A DNA stretch of 64,000 bases from an uncultured Desulfobacterales bacterium. GTDB taxonomy: Bacteria; Desulfobacterota; Desulfobacteria; Desulfobacterales; JAHEIW01. The stretch is from the NCBI GenBank assembly GCA_947259495.1, contig CAMYLV010000002.1:229698-293697 (forward strand), written 5' to 3'. This document shows, piece by piece, positions 19,530 through 30,620 of this stretch (position 1 is its first letter; each line of letters starts with the position of its first letter). Under the pieces are notes generated by a model that was not told the DNA's origin, searched no databases, and worked only from the letters and a program-made list of their open reading frames with translations. Made by a program: the position numbers and the translations under genes.

Positions 19530-20570
19530 TTATTTCTTTTTAGCGCGTCCCTGCCAGGCCAACAAAATGGGGCTTGCGACATAAACGGAGGAATAGGTTC
19601 CCACCAGGATGCCGATGATTAGCGCGAAGGCAAAATCGTGAATAATGCCGCCGCCGAGAAAAAAAAGCGTTACCACGACCATCAGGGTTGTCAGCGAGGT
19701 CAAAATCGTTCTGCTGAGGGTTTCGTTAATCGATCGATTGACAATATACGCCAGCGGTTTTTTGTGAAATTTTTTCAGGTTTTCCCGGATGCGGTCAAAG
19801 ACAATGATGGTATCATTTAGCGAATACCCCACTATCGTGAGCAGCGCGGCGATAATCGGTAGGGTGAATTCTTTGTCAAATATGGAAAAGATGCCGATCG
19901 TAATAATAACATCATGCATCAGCGCAACGATGGCGCCCATGGCGTATTTTAGTTCAAGAAACCAGAAAACCACCAGGGTAACAACCAGAGCCGCGCCGAT
20001 CAGAAAAGGAATGCTGACATCGAACAGGTCGAAAAGATAGACGGCACCGATAAGCGCAGCTGCGACCACGCCGCTCAAAATCCATTTCAATTCGAAGCGC
20101 CCGGATATGTAAATCGTGATAAACAGCAGAGCATAGAAAATGGCAAACAATGCCTTTTCCCTTAAATCCTTTCCCACCTGGGGGCCCACCATTTCTACCC
20201 GCCGAATTTCCATTTCCTGTTGGGTGGATGCTTCCAGCGCCTTTTTCATATCAGAGCTGAAACCCTCGCCGCTGCCGTAGGAGATTTCGGTGCGTATTAG
20301 AAATTCATTGTCGATTTGCTGGCCAAATTGCTGCACCGATGATTTTCCCAGGCCGATGGTGTCGAGACCGGCTTTGATCTCGTCGATCTGAACCGGTGAC
20401 TTAAACTTTATCTGCACCAGGGTGCCGCCGGCAAAATCAATGCCGAGCCTGAGACCGCCGTGAAAGATCAGCGAAAGCAGACCAACGGCAACAAAGGCGA
20501 CGGATAGAAAAAAGGCAATCTTTTTCTTGCCGATAAAATCAATGTTGATGTCAGGTTTTATAAACCGCAT
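19530..20570 (-). CDS. secF: Protein translocase subunit SecF
   Basis: LGIDFAGG, VGPQVG, HDV, GYSLNDTIIVFDRIRE, TLSRT, GTYSS. Confidence 0.95.
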   Translation of the reverse strand: MRFIKPDINIDFIGKKKIAFFLSVAFVAVGLLSLIFHGGLRLGIDFAGGTLVQIKFKSPVQIDEIKAGLDTIGLGKSSVQQFGQQIDNEFLIRTEISYGSGEGFSSDMKKALEASTQQEMEIRRVEMVGPQVGKDLREKALFAIFYALLFITIYISGRFELKWILSGVVAAALIGAVYLFDLFDVSIPFLIGAALVVTLVVFWFLELKYAMGAIVALMHDVIITIGIFSIFDKEFTLPIIAALLTIVGYSLNDTIIVFDRIRENLKKFHKKPLAYIVNRSINETLSRTILTSLTTLMVVVTLFFLGGGIIHDFAFALIIGILVGTYSSVYVASPILLAWQGRAKKK

Positions 20571-20624
20571 GAAGCATTCTCTTTCAATGTCCGCATTGCG
20601 CAGATGCGCAGTGCAATGTTCGTG

Positions 20625-22196
20625 TTAGATGCTGAGTGTTTTTATTTTGCGGCCGGCTAAAATGTAATCGAATATCAGACGCGAGAGCACCAGTGCTGTA
20701 AACAGGCTTGCAATTACACCCAAACTCAGCGTCACCGCAAATCCTTTTACCGGACCGGTTCCAAATTGAAAGAGCACGATGGCCGCAATCAATGTGGTGA
20801 CATTGGCATCGAGAATCGTCAACGTTGCGCGATCAAAACCGGCGTCTATCGCAGCCCGGGGTGTTCGTCCTAAAGCGAGTTCTTCCCGGATGCGTTCAAA
20901 TATGATCACATTGGCATCCACTGCCATGCCGATCGTTAAGATAATACCGGCAATTCCCGGAAGAGTTAAAGTAGCGCTTGCTGCAGCCAGACCGGCGGCA
21001 ATCAAAACGATGTTCAGTATTAGGGCCACATCAGCAATCACACCGGCGCCTTTGTAATAGAAGATCATAAACAGGACAACCAGAATTCCGCCGATCAACA
21101 TGGAAATCAGCCCTTTACGAATTGAGTCCGCCCCGAGGGAAGGACCCACCGTGCGTTCTTCCAATATGTTTACCGGAGCCGGCAGGGCACCCGCCCGCAG
21201 CACAATGGCCAGGTCTTTAGCCTCTTCTAAGGTAAAGTTGCCCGTGATCCGTGCCTGACCGCCGGCAATCTTTTCCTGAATGACCGGTGCTGAAGCAACC
21301 GTATCGTCCAGAACAATTGCCAATCTTTTGTTAACGTTTTCGCCGGTAATCCGCTCAAAATCCCGCGCGCCTTTTTTGTCAAAGTTAATCGACACAAAAG
21401 GGATGTTAAACTGATCAAAGTCGACGCGTGCATTGGTCAGATTGGCACCGGTCAAAAGGGTTCGCTTTTTCAGCAGAAAGGGCACTTTTGAAACGTTACC
21501 GGTTTCAGCGTCCGTTTCTACCCGATACAGAACCTGTCCGCCGGGAGGCACATTGCCTTTTACTGCCGCGGTGACATCCTGGGTGTCATTCACCAGCTTA
21601 AATTCCAAGAGAGCGGTTCTGCCGATCAGATCTTTTGCACGATCCGAATCTTTAATTCCCGGTAGCTGAATTAAAATTCGCCTTTGTCCCTGACGCCGGA
21701 TATCGGGCTCAGCCACACCAAATTGGTCGATGCGGTTGCGGATGGTTTCCAGCGCCTGCTCGACCGCCAGCCTTTCAACGTTTTCGGCTTCAGATTCCGG
21801 CAGCTGCAATAAAATTTTTGATGCGCCGCCTTCCATTTTTTGGGAGCTTTTCAGAGAATCAAAATCTTCTTTTATAAGCGCGTTAAATTTTTCAGCAATT
21901 TGCGGATCTTGAATGGTGGCGGAAATTTTAGTGCCCTCTATGCGATCCAGAGAAACGCCTCGTAGCCGCTCTTTTCTGAGTTGGTCCCGGATTTCCTGTG
22001 TAATGCGCTCAACCTGGCCATCCACGGCTTTGGCCGTGTCGACTTCCAGCACCAGGTGCATTCCGCCTTGCAGGTCCAGTCCCAGGTTTATTTGCTTGTG
22101 CGGCCATAAATCCGGCTCAAGGGTTGGAAGCACATAGATAACTGCCGCTACAATAATCCCAAAAACTAAAATCAGTTTCCATGAAAAATTTTTCAA
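20625..22196 (-). CDS. secD: Protein translocase subunit SecD
   Basis: LGLDLQGG, RIDQFGVAEP, GALPAP, VGPSLG, GMAVDANV, DANVTT; likely TTG start at 22196 (ATG 22211 is the alternative). Confidence 0.93.
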   Translation of the reverse strand: MKNFSWKLILVFGIIVAAVIYVLPTLEPDLWPHKQINLGLDLQGGMHLVLEVDTAKAVDGQVERITQEIRDQLRKERLRGVSLDRIEGTKISATIQDPQIAEKFNALIKEDFDSLKSSQKMEGGASKILLQLPESEAENVERLAVEQALETIRNRIDQFGVAEPDIRRQGQRRILIQLPGIKDSDRAKDLIGRTALLEFKLVNDTQDVTAAVKGNVPPGGQVLYRVETDAETGNVSKVPFLLKKRTLLTGANLTNARVDFDQFNIPFVSINFDKKGARDFERITGENVNKRLAIVLDDTVASAPVIQEKIAGGQARITGNFTLEEAKDLAIVLRAGALPAPVNILEERTVGPSLGADSIRKGLISMLIGGILVVLFMIFYYKGAGVIADVALILNIVLIAAGLAAASATLTLPGIAGIILTIGMAVDANVIIFERIREELALGRTPRAAIDAGFDRATLTILDANVTTLIAAIVLFQFGTGPVKGFAVTLSLGVIASLFTALVLSRLIFDYILAGRKIKTLSI

Positions 22197-22282
22197 TGAT
22201 GATTTCCCCATTTGTTCTGCACAACCCGATTGATGAGCTCGGGGCGCAAACAGTGTCATGGCGGCCCGCCGTGGGCAGTGCA

Positions 22283-22363
22283 GTTGAGTTCGCTGAATAG
22301 ACAAATGGTTGAATTGCTAAACGGCCATTTCCGGCAAAGCGTTTAACGATTCAACCATCTAAC
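22283..22363. repeat. Inverted 8-nt repeat array (GGTTGAAT / ATTCAACC type) between yajC and secD
   Basis: GTTGAGTTCGCTGAATAGACAAATGGTTGAATTGCTAAACG ... CGTTTAACGATTCAACCATCTAAC. Confidence 0.65.
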
Positions 22364-22408
22364 AAGTCCTAAATCGCATTCGAATTGAGTCCACTGCAGA
22401 TTTTGCGG

Positions 22409-22747
22409 TTATTTTTTTTCCGGTTGCGGCTGGGAAGACGGCTGAACCATGGCCGATACATTGGAGCGCGCTACTTTGACTCTGACCTTATCTGCTATTT
22501 CCAGGGTTAAGGTCGTATCATCGATTCCGGTGATGCGACCATGCAGACCTCCGCTGGTGATAATCCGGTCTCCCTTTTTAAGACTGGATACCATACTGCG
22601 GTGTTCCTTTGTTCGTTTTTGCTGGGGTCGAATCAGCAGAAAATAAAAAATAACGAACATCAGGATGATCGGGATAAACCCGCCAAATCCGGCGGCGCCT
22701 TCTCCGCCGGCTCCTCCGCCACCCATTGCATAAGCGATATCAATCAA
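22409..22747 (-). CDS. yajC: Preprotein translocase subunit YajC
   Basis: FYFLLIRPQQKR, LKKGDRIITSGGLHG; TTG start at 22747 after AGGAGG. Confidence 0.95.
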   Translation of the reverse strand: MIDIAYAMGGGGAGGEGAAGFGGFIPIILMFVIFYFLLIRPQQKRTKEHRSMVSSLKKGDRIITSGGLHGRITGIDDTTLTLEIADKVRVKVARSNVSAMVQPSSQPQPEKK

Positions 22748-22894
22748 AATAATACCTCCTGTCTGAAATATATCAAATCTAGAGCACTTTTCAGGGATTG
22801 CAAGTTTGTGTGCAAAATAACAACTGGTCGTTCGATAAATTGAGCCACCAGATACAGCAATATACAAAGGCTGTCAATATCGAACTTATTAGCC

Positions 22895-24370
22895 CTATGG
22901 CTTCTTGTGATCTTGATAGATGATGTTGCTGTCTCCCGGGGTCATTGACAGGTCTCCTTCAATTTTGACACTCAGGGTGCGGCGTTCCTCCAGCTCTGCG
23001 ATTTCCTTACGTTTTTTATTTAACAGGTAGTCAGCCACATCCACCGGTACAACTCCTCTCACAACGGTGATGCCCGGTTTAAGAGTTTCTAGGCTGAGTT
23101 TTCGAAGAAACCCGACAGCCAGAGTTTCCGTGGAGGCGACCAGACCTTTACCCTTGCAATTGCGACAGGGATGGAAGCTGCCAAATTCAATCGAAGGTCG
23201 AATCCGCTGGCGGGACATTTCCAGCAACCCGAATCTTGAAATCTTGCCGACCTTTGTTTTGGCTTTGTCTTCACTGACAAAGCGCCGCAAGTGGCGCTCC
23301 ACTTCCGAACGATGCTTGGACTCGCGCATATCAATAAAATCGATGACAATCAGTCCGCCCAGGTCTCTTAGCCGCAGTTGCCGGGCAGCTTCTTCAGCCG
23401 CTTCGCGATTGGTTAGGAAAGCGGTTTTTTCGATCGAACGTTCATGGGTGGCTTTGCCGGAGTTCACATCAATGGACACCAGGGCTTCGGTTTGCTCGAT
23501 AACAATGGACCCGCCCGATTTTAAATTGATGCGGCTTTCAAAAATGGCTGCAATCTGGTCTTCAATTCCAAATTGGGTAAAAATCGGCTTGGCTCCTTTA
23601 TACAATCTTACGATTTTGTGGTGTTTACGGGAAATAATTTTAATAAAGTCTTTGACCTCCTGAAACACGGAGGGGTCATCGATTAAGATTTCGGTTACTT
23701 CCGGCGTGAAGTTATCACGGATGGACCTTAAAACGAGATGCCTTTCTCGGTAGAGCAGGGCCGGGGCTTTTTCCTGTATGACACTTTTTTTGATCGTTTT
23801 CCAAAGTCTCAACAAATACCTTAAATCGCGGGCTAAAAGGGTTTTGGTGCAATTGATCCCAACAGTTCGCACGATGAGACCGAAGCCTTCAGGGACCTTT
23901 AAGCTGTCCATGAGTCCCTTAAGGCGACTGCGTTCATCTTCATCGGCAATCTTGCGAGAAATTCCGTGTTTATCGTTTCCGGGCATGAGCACCAAAAAAC
24001 GTCCTGCCAGGGATACGTGAGTTGTCAGCATGGCGCCTTTTTTCATAAACGGTTCTTTGGTGACCTGAACCATGACTTCCTGTCCGCGCCTGACAAGCTT
24101 TTCGATCGAGTGATCACCGCCTTCACTTTCATGAAAATAGTCACTGTGAATTTCATGCCGTTGTAAAAACCCGTGTCGCTCGGCGCCGTAATCCACAAAA
24201 ACGGCCTGCAGACTGGGTTCAATTCGGGATATAACCCCTTTGTAAATATTGCCCTGGGTTATTTCCCGCGCAGCGCTTTGAATGTAAAACTCTTCGAGCT
24301 TATTTGCTTTTACTGCGGCGACCCGGCATTCTTCCGGGTCAATTGCATTAATGAGGATCTTAATACCCAT
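22895..24370 (-). CDS. Ribonuclease E/G family (catalytic domain only, RNase G-sized)
   Basis: GNIYKG S1 domain, QVTKEP, IDVNSG, LRDLGGLIVIDFIDM, CRNCKGKG Zn-link. Confidence 0.9.
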   Translation of the reverse strand: MGIKILINAIDPEECRVAAVKANKLEEFYIQSAAREITQGNIYKGVISRIEPSLQAVFVDYGAERHGFLQRHEIHSDYFHESEGGDHSIEKLVRRGQEVMVQVTKEPFMKKGAMLTTHVSLAGRFLVLMPGNDKHGISRKIADEDERSRLKGLMDSLKVPEGFGLIVRTVGINCTKTLLARDLRYLLRLWKTIKKSVIQEKAPALLYRERHLVLRSIRDNFTPEVTEILIDDPSVFQEVKDFIKIISRKHHKIVRLYKGAKPIFTQFGIEDQIAAIFESRINLKSGGSIVIEQTEALVSIDVNSGKATHERSIEKTAFLTNREAAEEAARQLRLRDLGGLIVIDFIDMRESKHRSEVERHLRRFVSEDKAKTKVGKISRFGLLEMSRQRIRPSIEFGSFHPCRNCKGKGLVASTETLAVGFLRKLSLETLKPGITVVRGVVPVDVADYLLNKKRKEIAELEERRTLSVKIEGDLSMTPGDSNIIYQDHKKP

Positions 24371-24643
24371 AAAGACATACCCTTTAAATATCTTCCGCTG
24401 GCGAATTCATCAATTCCAATCAGAGCAATGCCCCTGAATTGTGTATTTGCCTGAATATGCAATTGTTAATAACAAGTCAAACGATTTCTGGCTGCATGAT
24501 CTTATTCAAAAAATTTTTTTCCCGTGATACCAGGCTATATCGGTGAGTTGACGGACCATCTTGCTATTGTTATCATTTTGTGGCAAGGAAGACGTCGGCA
24601 CTCTTGTGGTGAATTGGAACCCCGGCAGGTAGAGGTGGAGGCA

Positions 24644-27235
24644 ATGGACCCGAAATACGATCCAACAAAAATTGAATCCAAATGGCAGGCTTACTGGGAG
24701 TCGACCCAGCTGTTTAAAGTCAAAGAGGATCCGGATAAGGAGAAATATTATCTTCTGGAAATGTTTCCGTATCCATCCGGGCAGATTCACATGGGGCACG
24801 TGCGAAATTATACCATCGGCGATGTTGTTGCCCGTTACAAAACGATGCGCGGCTTTAATGTGTTGCATCCCATGGGCTGGGATGCATTTGGCATGCCGGC
24901 TGAAAACGCGGCCATTGCACACAACACCCATCCCGCCAAATGGACGTATGCCAACATCGACGCCATGCGTCAGCAGTTGAAGAAACTGGGATTTTCCTAC
25001 GACTGGGACAGAGAAATTGCGACCTGCCGCCCCGAGTACTACCACTGGGAACAATGGCTTTTTCTAAAAATGTATGCAAAAGAAATGGCCTACCGCAAAG
25101 AATCCTTTGTCAACTGGTGTGAATCCTGCCAGACGGTTCTGGCCAATGAGCAGGTCGAATCGGGCATGTGCTGGCGCTGTGGGGAGCCGGTTCGGCAGAA
25201 AAAACTGTGGCAATGGTTTTTCAGAACCACCGATTACGCCGACGATTTGCTAACCTATTCTGATCGCCTGACCGGATGGCCGGAAAAAGTGATCACGATG
25301 CAGAAAAACTGGATTGGTAAAAGCCACGGTGCTGAAATTCGCTTTAAGGTTGACACCCAGGATATCGTCATCCCGGTATTTACGACCCGCCATGATACTG
25401 TTTTTGGTGCCACCTTTATGTGCCTGGCGCCGGAGCATCCCCTGACTATTCGGCTATCAAGCGGTACACCCCAGGAAAAACCGGTGCAGGAGTTTGTAGA
25501 TCGGATGTCGATGCAGGACCGCTCCGACAGGGCGATAGAAGAATATGAAAAAGAAGGGGTATTTCTCGGTGCTCACTGCATCAATCCTATGAACGGCGCC
25601 CGGATGCCGATTTATACGGCCAATTTTGCCCTGATGGAATACGGGACCGGTGCGGTCATGGCGGTACCCGCACATGATCAACGCGATTTTGATTTTGCCA
25701 AAAAATACGGTTTGGACATCGTGGTTGTTGTCAAACCCCAGGATGAGGATCTATCAGCGGACAGCATGTCTGAGGCCTATACGGATGAGGGCATTATGGT
25801 GAATTCAGGTGAATTTGACGGCCTGGACAATAAGATAGCAATGGATGAAATTGCTGCGTATCTGGAGAAAAAAAATCTGGGAAAAAAAGAGGTCAGTTTT
25901 CGATTGCGCGATTGGGGCATTTCCAGGCAACGATACTGGGGTGCCCCGATTCCCATTATTCATTGCGACACCTGTGGCGTCGTGCCGGTTCCGGAAGCAG
26001 ACCTTCCGGTCGTACTGCCGGAAGATATTGAATTGCTCGAAGGAGGCAAATCTCCGCTGCCCCAGCTGGACTCATTCGTAAAGACGAATTGTCCCAAATG
26101 CGGCGATCCGAATGCACACCGGGAAACCGATACCATGGATACTTTCGTTGAATCGTCCTGGTATTTCGACCGCTATTGTAGCCCGGATTTCCATGCGGGC
26201 ATGTTTGATTTAAAGGCAGTGGATTACTGGATGCCGGTTGATCAATATATCGGCGGGGTTGAACATGCGATTTTACATCTGCTTTACTCCCGCTATTATA
26301 CGCGTGTCTTAAACGATCAGGGGCTAGTCAATTTTAAGGAACCTTTTACCCGGCTGCTGACCCAGGGAATGGTTTGCAAAGAAACGGTTTCCTGTCCGCG
26401 ACATGGCTACCTGCTTCCGGGAGAAGTCAACGTGACCAACACGCAGCGCTTTTGCGCCCATTGCGATCAGCCCGCGGTTGTGGGCCGTGTCGAAAAAATG
26501 TCCAAATCCAAAAAGAATGTCATCGACCCGAATATTCTTTTGGAAAAATACGGTGCCGATACCACCCGGTTTTTTTGCCTGTTTGCAGCGCCACCGGAGC
26601 GGGATCTGGAATGGAGCGAGCAGGGTGTTGAAGGCGGCTACCGGTTTTTAAACCGCGTATGGCGTTTGAGCGCAGAGTGGATGGACCGGGTAAAGGATGC
26701 CACTGCATTTGATGGCAACCCGGATGCGCTGGAAGGTGCCGTTAGGGAGCTGTTTAAAAAAACGCATCAAACCATCATGAAGGTAACACGCGACATTGAG
26801 GATCGCTACCATTTTAACACGGCTATCAGTGCCATCATGGAGCTTTTCAATACGATGGGCGCCATCGACAAAACCGAGGGTCATCCGCAAACGGTTGCGG
26901 TCATGCGATTGGCCATCGAGTCTCTGGCGCTTCTGATCGCTCCGATTGTCCCCCATTTTGCCGAAGCGTTGTGGGAAGCGCTGGGCAACACGTCCAGTGT
27001 TCTGCTCGCGCCGTGGCCTTCCCATCTGGAAGCGGCCCTGGAAAAGGATGATTTATTGATTGTCATCCAGGTAAACGGCAAACTGCGAAGCAAGTTATCG
27101 GTGGCGATCGATACCCCGCCAGAAACCATCAAACAGCTGGCGCTTGAAGATCCGCGCGTCATGAAATTTACAGAGGGCAAAGCGGTCAAAAAAGTGATTT
27201 ATGTAAAGGATAAATTGGTCAACATCGTCGTCTGA
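24644..27235 (+). CDS. leuS: Leucine--tRNA ligase
   Basis: [42 protein letters not shown]; ATG start at 24644 after GGAGG. Confidence 0.97.
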   Translation: MDPKYDPTKIESKWQAYWESTQLFKVKEDPDKEKYYLLEMFPYPSGQIHMGHVRNYTIGDVVARYKTMRGFNVLHPMGWDAFGMPAENAAIAHNTHPAKWTYANIDAMRQQLKKLGFSYDWDREIATCRPEYYHWEQWLFLKMYAKEMAYRKESFVNWCESCQTVLANEQVESGMCWRCGEPVRQKKLWQWFFRTTDYADDLLTYSDRLTGWPEKVITMQKNWIGKSHGAEIRFKVDTQDIVIPVFTTRHDTVFGATFMCLAPEHPLTIRLSSGTPQEKPVQEFVDRMSMQDRSDRAIEEYEKEGVFLGAHCINPMNGARMPIYTANFALMEYGTGAVMAVPAHDQRDFDFAKKYGLDIVVVVKPQDEDLSADSMSEAYTDEGIMVNSGEFDGLDNKIAMDEIAAYLEKKNLGKKEVSFRLRDWGISRQRYWGAPIPIIHCDTCGVVPVPEADLPVVLPEDIELLEGGKSPLPQLDSFVKTNCPKCGDPNAHRETDTMDTFVESSWYFDRYCSPDFHAGMFDLKAVDYWMPVDQYIGGVEHAILHLLYSRYYTRVLNDQGLVNFKEPFTRLLTQGMVCKETVSCPRHGYLLPGEVNVTNTQRFCAHCDQPAVVGRVEKMSKSKKNVIDPNILLEKYGADTTRFFCLFAAPPERDLEWSEQGVEGGYRFLNRVWRLSAEWMDRVKDATAFDGNPDALEGAVRELFKKTHQTIMKVTRDIEDRYHFNTAISAIMELFNTMGAIDKTEGHPQTVAVMRLAIESLALLIAPIVPHFAEALWEALGNTSSVLLAPWPSHLEAALEKDDLLIVIQVNGKLRSKLSVAIDTPPETIKQLALEDPRVMKFTEGKAVKKVIYVKDKLVNIVV

Positions 27236-27237
27236 TA

Positions 27238-27392
27238 TTCAGGTGGCAGGCTTCAGAGGACAGAGATCAGAGGTTGGGGACAAAAAGACAGAGTTCTCGT
27301 GTTAGGCAGTTCTCTGGTCGCCGGCGACTGACAGTCAGGACCATTAGCCATTGACCGTAACTTCTGAACGCTGAACCTTGAACCTTGGAACC
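27238..27392. repeat. Degenerate 7-nt repeat array (TTCAGG/CAGAG arm vs CTGAAC arm)
   Basis: TTCAGGTGGCAGGCTTCAGAGGACAGAGATCAGAGG ... CTGAACGCTGAACCTTGAACC. Confidence 0.6.
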
Positions 27393-27405
27393 TTAATCGA
27401 GGGAG

Positions 27406-27927
27406 ATGAGTTTGAATATAAGCAAGGTTCGCCTAATCATCATATTAATAACAGTGCTGTGTGGGGCTTGCGGCTACCGGTTTGCGGAACAGGGCGGATT
27501 TCCGGGTGATACCGAGCGTCTTTTCGTAAACGTTCTGGAAAATCAAACCCAGGAAACCGGAGTGGAAAATATAATTACCGCCGCGCTCTTATCCGAACTG
27601 ACCTTGCGTAAAACCCATAATTTGGCAAATGGTATGGCGGATGCCGATGTGGTTCTGAGCGGGATTGTCAAACACGTGGACTTAAGCACCATATCAGTAA
27701 GCCAACCGACTGTAGCCGATGAACGGCGCGTTACGGTATCGATTGATTTAAAATTGACCAAAACGGACGGCAGCACCGCCTGGGCTGGAAAAGACATATC
27801 GGATTTTGAAGCGTACCTGGTGAACGTGAATCAGGAAATCACGGATGCAAACCGTCAAAATGCCATTAGGATATTGTCGAAACGCATCGCTGAAAGAGTT
27901 GTTAATCGGTTCAACGATGATTTCTAA
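27406..27927 (+). CDS. lptE: LPS-assembly lipoprotein LptE
   Basis: Lipobox-like GACGYRF, ENQTQETGVE; position downstream of leuS. Confidence 0.8.
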   Translation: MSLNISKVRLIIILITVLCGACGYRFAEQGGFPGDTERLFVNVLENQTQETGVENIITAALLSELTLRKTHNLANGMADADVVLSGIVKHVDLSTISVSQPTVADERRVTVSIDLKLTKTDGSTAWAGKDISDFEAYLVNVNQEITDANRQNAIRILSKRIAERVVNRFNDDF

Positions 27928-27951
27928 GGGCGGGCAAAAAATAATCGATCG

Positions 27952-28221
27952 CTAAAAAATAACAATCGTGTTCACCAGTTTAGAAAGGCGTGATATTTTG
28001 CGGGCAGCGGTTTTTTTGTGAATGACACCTTTTTTGACAGCTTTGTCAATTAATGCTTGAGCGGCATCCATTTTGGCCACCGCTGCTTCTTTTGAGGTTT
28101 CAGCGGAAGCCAGACGAACATCTTTGGTGATATGCTTTATTCTGGTTTTGACTGCTTTATTACGAAGTCGCCGTTTTTCGTTTTGACGGGCACGTTTTTC
28201 AGCTGATTTATGATTTGCCAA
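27952..28221 (-). CDS. rpsT: 30S ribosomal protein S20
   Basis: (M)ANHKSAEKRARQNEKRR...KGVIHKKTAARKISRL; TTG start at 28221 after AGGAG. Confidence 0.97.
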   Translation of the reverse strand: MANHKSAEKRARQNEKRRLRNKAVKTRIKHITKDVRLASAETSKEAAVAKMDAAQALIDKAVKKGVIHKKTAARKISRLSKLVNTIVIF

Positions 28222-28288
28222 GGTCCTTACTCCTTTTTCCATTAAACCATATTTTGAAATGATCATTTTAAGTAATTATAAACGCTAT

Positions 28289-28317
28289 TTAATATAGAAC
28301 CGAAATTCGGATGTCAA
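28289..28317 (-). promoter_or_regulatory. Putative sigma70 promoter of rpsT
   Basis: TTGACA-17 nt-TATTAA on the minus strand. Confidence 0.55.
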
Positions 28318-28339
28318 GCGATTTTCTCCAAATTCAACC

Positions 28340-29908
28340 ATGTCTGAAAAATCCCGGGTGATTAAAGCAGCCGGCGTTGTCGGAGCTGCGACGTTGCTGA
28401 GCCGTATCCTGGGGTTTATTCGCGATGCGGTGATTGCCTGGTATTTTGGCGTCGGTCAAAATTCAGATGCATTTATTGCTGCGTTCAGAATACCCAATCT
28501 GCTGCGAAAATTATTGGGCGAAGGCTCCATCAGCAATGCTTTTGTGCCGATATTGACCGATTACCTGGCAATCGATGGAAAGGATGAAGCCTTTCGGTTG
28601 GCACGCTCTGCTCTGTGGGTATTATCCATTATTCTGGTGGTAATTTCCCTTGGCGGAATACTCTTATCGCCCCTCATCGTTAAAATTATCGCCCCCGGGT
28701 TCATTGACTCACCGGAGAAATTATCCCTCACCATCACCCTTACCCGCATTATGTTCCCCTACATTTTCTTTATTGGTCTGGTCGCTTTGTGCATGGGGAT
28801 ACTTAACGTATTCGGGCATTTTGCCGCTCCGGCACTGGCACCGGTGTTGCTGAATCTGGCGATAATTTTTTCTGTTTTTTTTCTGTGCCCCCATCTTGCC
28901 AGACCGGTTCTGGGGCTTGCCGTCGGGGTGATAATCGGCGGAATTCTGCAGCTGCTGCTCCAGTTGCCTGCCATGACGGGCAAGGGGTTCAATTTTTGGC
29001 AAAAAACGAAAATTTTTCATCCTGGTTTAAAAAAAATGAGTCGACTCATGCCGCCGGTCATACTCGGCGGAGCCGTTTACCAGGTCAATGTGCTGGTTGG
29101 AACGCTGCTGGGATCCTTTCTACCGGAGGGCAGTGTAACCGTTTTATATTTTGCCGACCGACTGGTTCAATTTCCCTTGGGCATATTCGCGATTGCTGCG
29201 GCAACAGCGGTTTTGCCGAGTCTTTCCCGCCAGGCAGCCCTTAAAAATCTTGTAGCCTTAAAGGACACCTTTGGTTATGCTGTCAGATTGACGTTGTTTA
29301 TGACTATACCGTCTATGGTGGGTTTAATTATTCTGCGCGAACCGATCATCACGGTGTTATTTCAAAGAGGTGAATTCAGTTTGCAAGCCACGCTGTTGAC
29401 TGCTCAGGCACTTTTATACTATGCTGTAGGTCTATGGGCTTTTTCGGCAGTACGAATCGTAGCAGCAACCTTTTTTGCACTTAAAGATACCCGTACGCCG
29501 ATGATTATGGCAACGGCTTCCATTCTTGCCAATATTGTGCTCGGAATCATTTTGATGAAACCACTGGCCCATGCGGGGCTTGCGCTGGCGACATCCCTGG
29601 CTTCCGTATTGAATCTCACACTGCTGATTTACGCGCTTCGCAAAAAACTCGGCTCCCTGGGATGGCGGGGCATTGCGCAATCCGCATTAAAAACGCTGGG
29701 TAGCGCTGCTGTAATGGGGGCAACGGTCTGGGTTGCAGCGCGGGTTCTCATTCCCGCTGATGGTGTCGCTTTTATCACGTTGCTAGCGGGGCTGCTGGTC
29801 TGCGTGGTTGCCGGGCTGGCGGTTTTCGGGATCTGTTCGTATGGTATCAAAAGCCCGGAATTCGCGAGCATGCTTGCTGAAATAAAAATGGGCATAAACA
29901 GAAAATGA
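28340..29908 (+). CDS. murJ: Lipid II flippase MurJ (MviN)
   Basis: SRILGFIRD, AFRIPNLLR..LGEG, ADRLVQFPLG, FQRGEF, DTRTP. Confidence 0.95.
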   Translation: MSEKSRVIKAAGVVGAATLLSRILGFIRDAVIAWYFGVGQNSDAFIAAFRIPNLLRKLLGEGSISNAFVPILTDYLAIDGKDEAFRLARSALWVLSIILVVISLGGILLSPLIVKIIAPGFIDSPEKLSLTITLTRIMFPYIFFIGLVALCMGILNVFGHFAAPALAPVLLNLAIIFSVFFLCPHLARPVLGLAVGVIIGGILQLLLQLPAMTGKGFNFWQKTKIFHPGLKKMSRLMPPVILGGAVYQVNVLVGTLLGSFLPEGSVTVLYFADRLVQFPLGIFAIAAATAVLPSLSRQAALKNLVALKDTFGYAVRLTLFMTIPSMVGLIILREPIITVLFQRGEFSLQATLLTAQALLYYAVGLWAFSAVRIVAATFFALKDTRTPMIMATASILANIVLGIILMKPLAHAGLALATSLASVLNLTLLIYALRKKLGSLGWRGIAQSALKTLGSAAVMGATVWVAARVLIPADGVAFITLLAGLLVCVVAGLAVFGICSYGIKSPEFASMLAEIKMGINRK

Positions 29909-30198
29909 CGAAAAAACAAAGCATTCTTTTTTCCATCGCTGTTGTGCTAATGTTCTCATTGCTGTTTTTTATCATTTTCGGCGAGCATGGCTTAATCGAT
30001 TTAAATGCGTTAAATGCTGAAAAATTTCAGTTGAAGGAAAAAAACGAGCTGCTTACGCATAATAACCTCTCCCTGAGTGTCGAAATCGATCGGTTAAAGC
30101 ATGACCCGCATTATATCGAAAATGTGGCGCGCCAGGAACTGGGTATGGTTGGCGAGAACGAACTGATTCTAAAACCTCGGCGCATGCCGAAACCCTGA
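29905..30198 (+). CDS. Septum formation initiator family protein (FtsB/DivIC-like)
   Basis: One TM helix, GEHG, coiled coil, YIENVARQELGMV..E. Confidence 0.85.
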   Translation: MTKKQSILFSIAVVLMFSLLFFIIFGEHGLIDLNALNAEKFQLKEKNELLTHNNLSLSVEIDRLKHDPHYIENVARQELGMVGENELILKPRRMPKP

Positions 30199-30244
30199 TT
30201 GAAAGGAAATAGCGCATCTCGGTGTTCAGTGTTATTCGTTAGAT

Positions 30245-30514
30245 ATGGAAAAAGAAACCGACTTTTATACGGCCACAATGGCTAAAGTTTATTCTGAACA
30301 GGGGCACTGGAATAAGGCTGCTGAAATTTACCGCCATTTACTGGTGCAGGAACCCGAACGGGATGACTATCTTGCGGCGCTGGCGAGGGTGGAGAGAAAG
30401 GCAAAGCAAAAGCGCAATGAATCGCCTGAGGATTTAGCCGCTTTGTTTCACCAATGGTTTAACCTGATGCTGAGGTATAAAAATTTACAGAAGCTTCGCA
30501 AACTGAATTGTTAA
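30245..30514 (+). CDS. Small TPR-like protein
   Basis: TATMAKVYSEQGHWNKAAEIYRHLLVQEP matches a TPR pattern. Confidence 0.65.
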   Translation: MEKETDFYTATMAKVYSEQGHWNKAAEIYRHLLVQEPERDDYLAALARVERKAKQKRNESPEDLAALFHQWFNLMLRYKNLQKLRKLNC

Positions 30515-30620
30515 TTCCGCATTGTCGATGCCAACGACTCTGCCATCATCGCTTTCAATGCGATGCAATACCCGCCCGACATTCCGTTTATTCCATTGCT
30601 AAGCCAGGCGTGCCCGGTCT

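Noticed and set aside
20591-20618. Palindrome CATTGCGCAGATGCGCAGTG between secD and secF as a distinct element
   Set aside because: Single short hairpin with only vague look-alikes near 30520 and 38555; not enough evidence
24524-24643. N-terminal extensions in the ORF track (leuS; likewise topA, secD, yajC, rpsT, both delta subunits, hdrA)
   Set aside because: Family homology begins at downstream starts, most of which have a clear RBS
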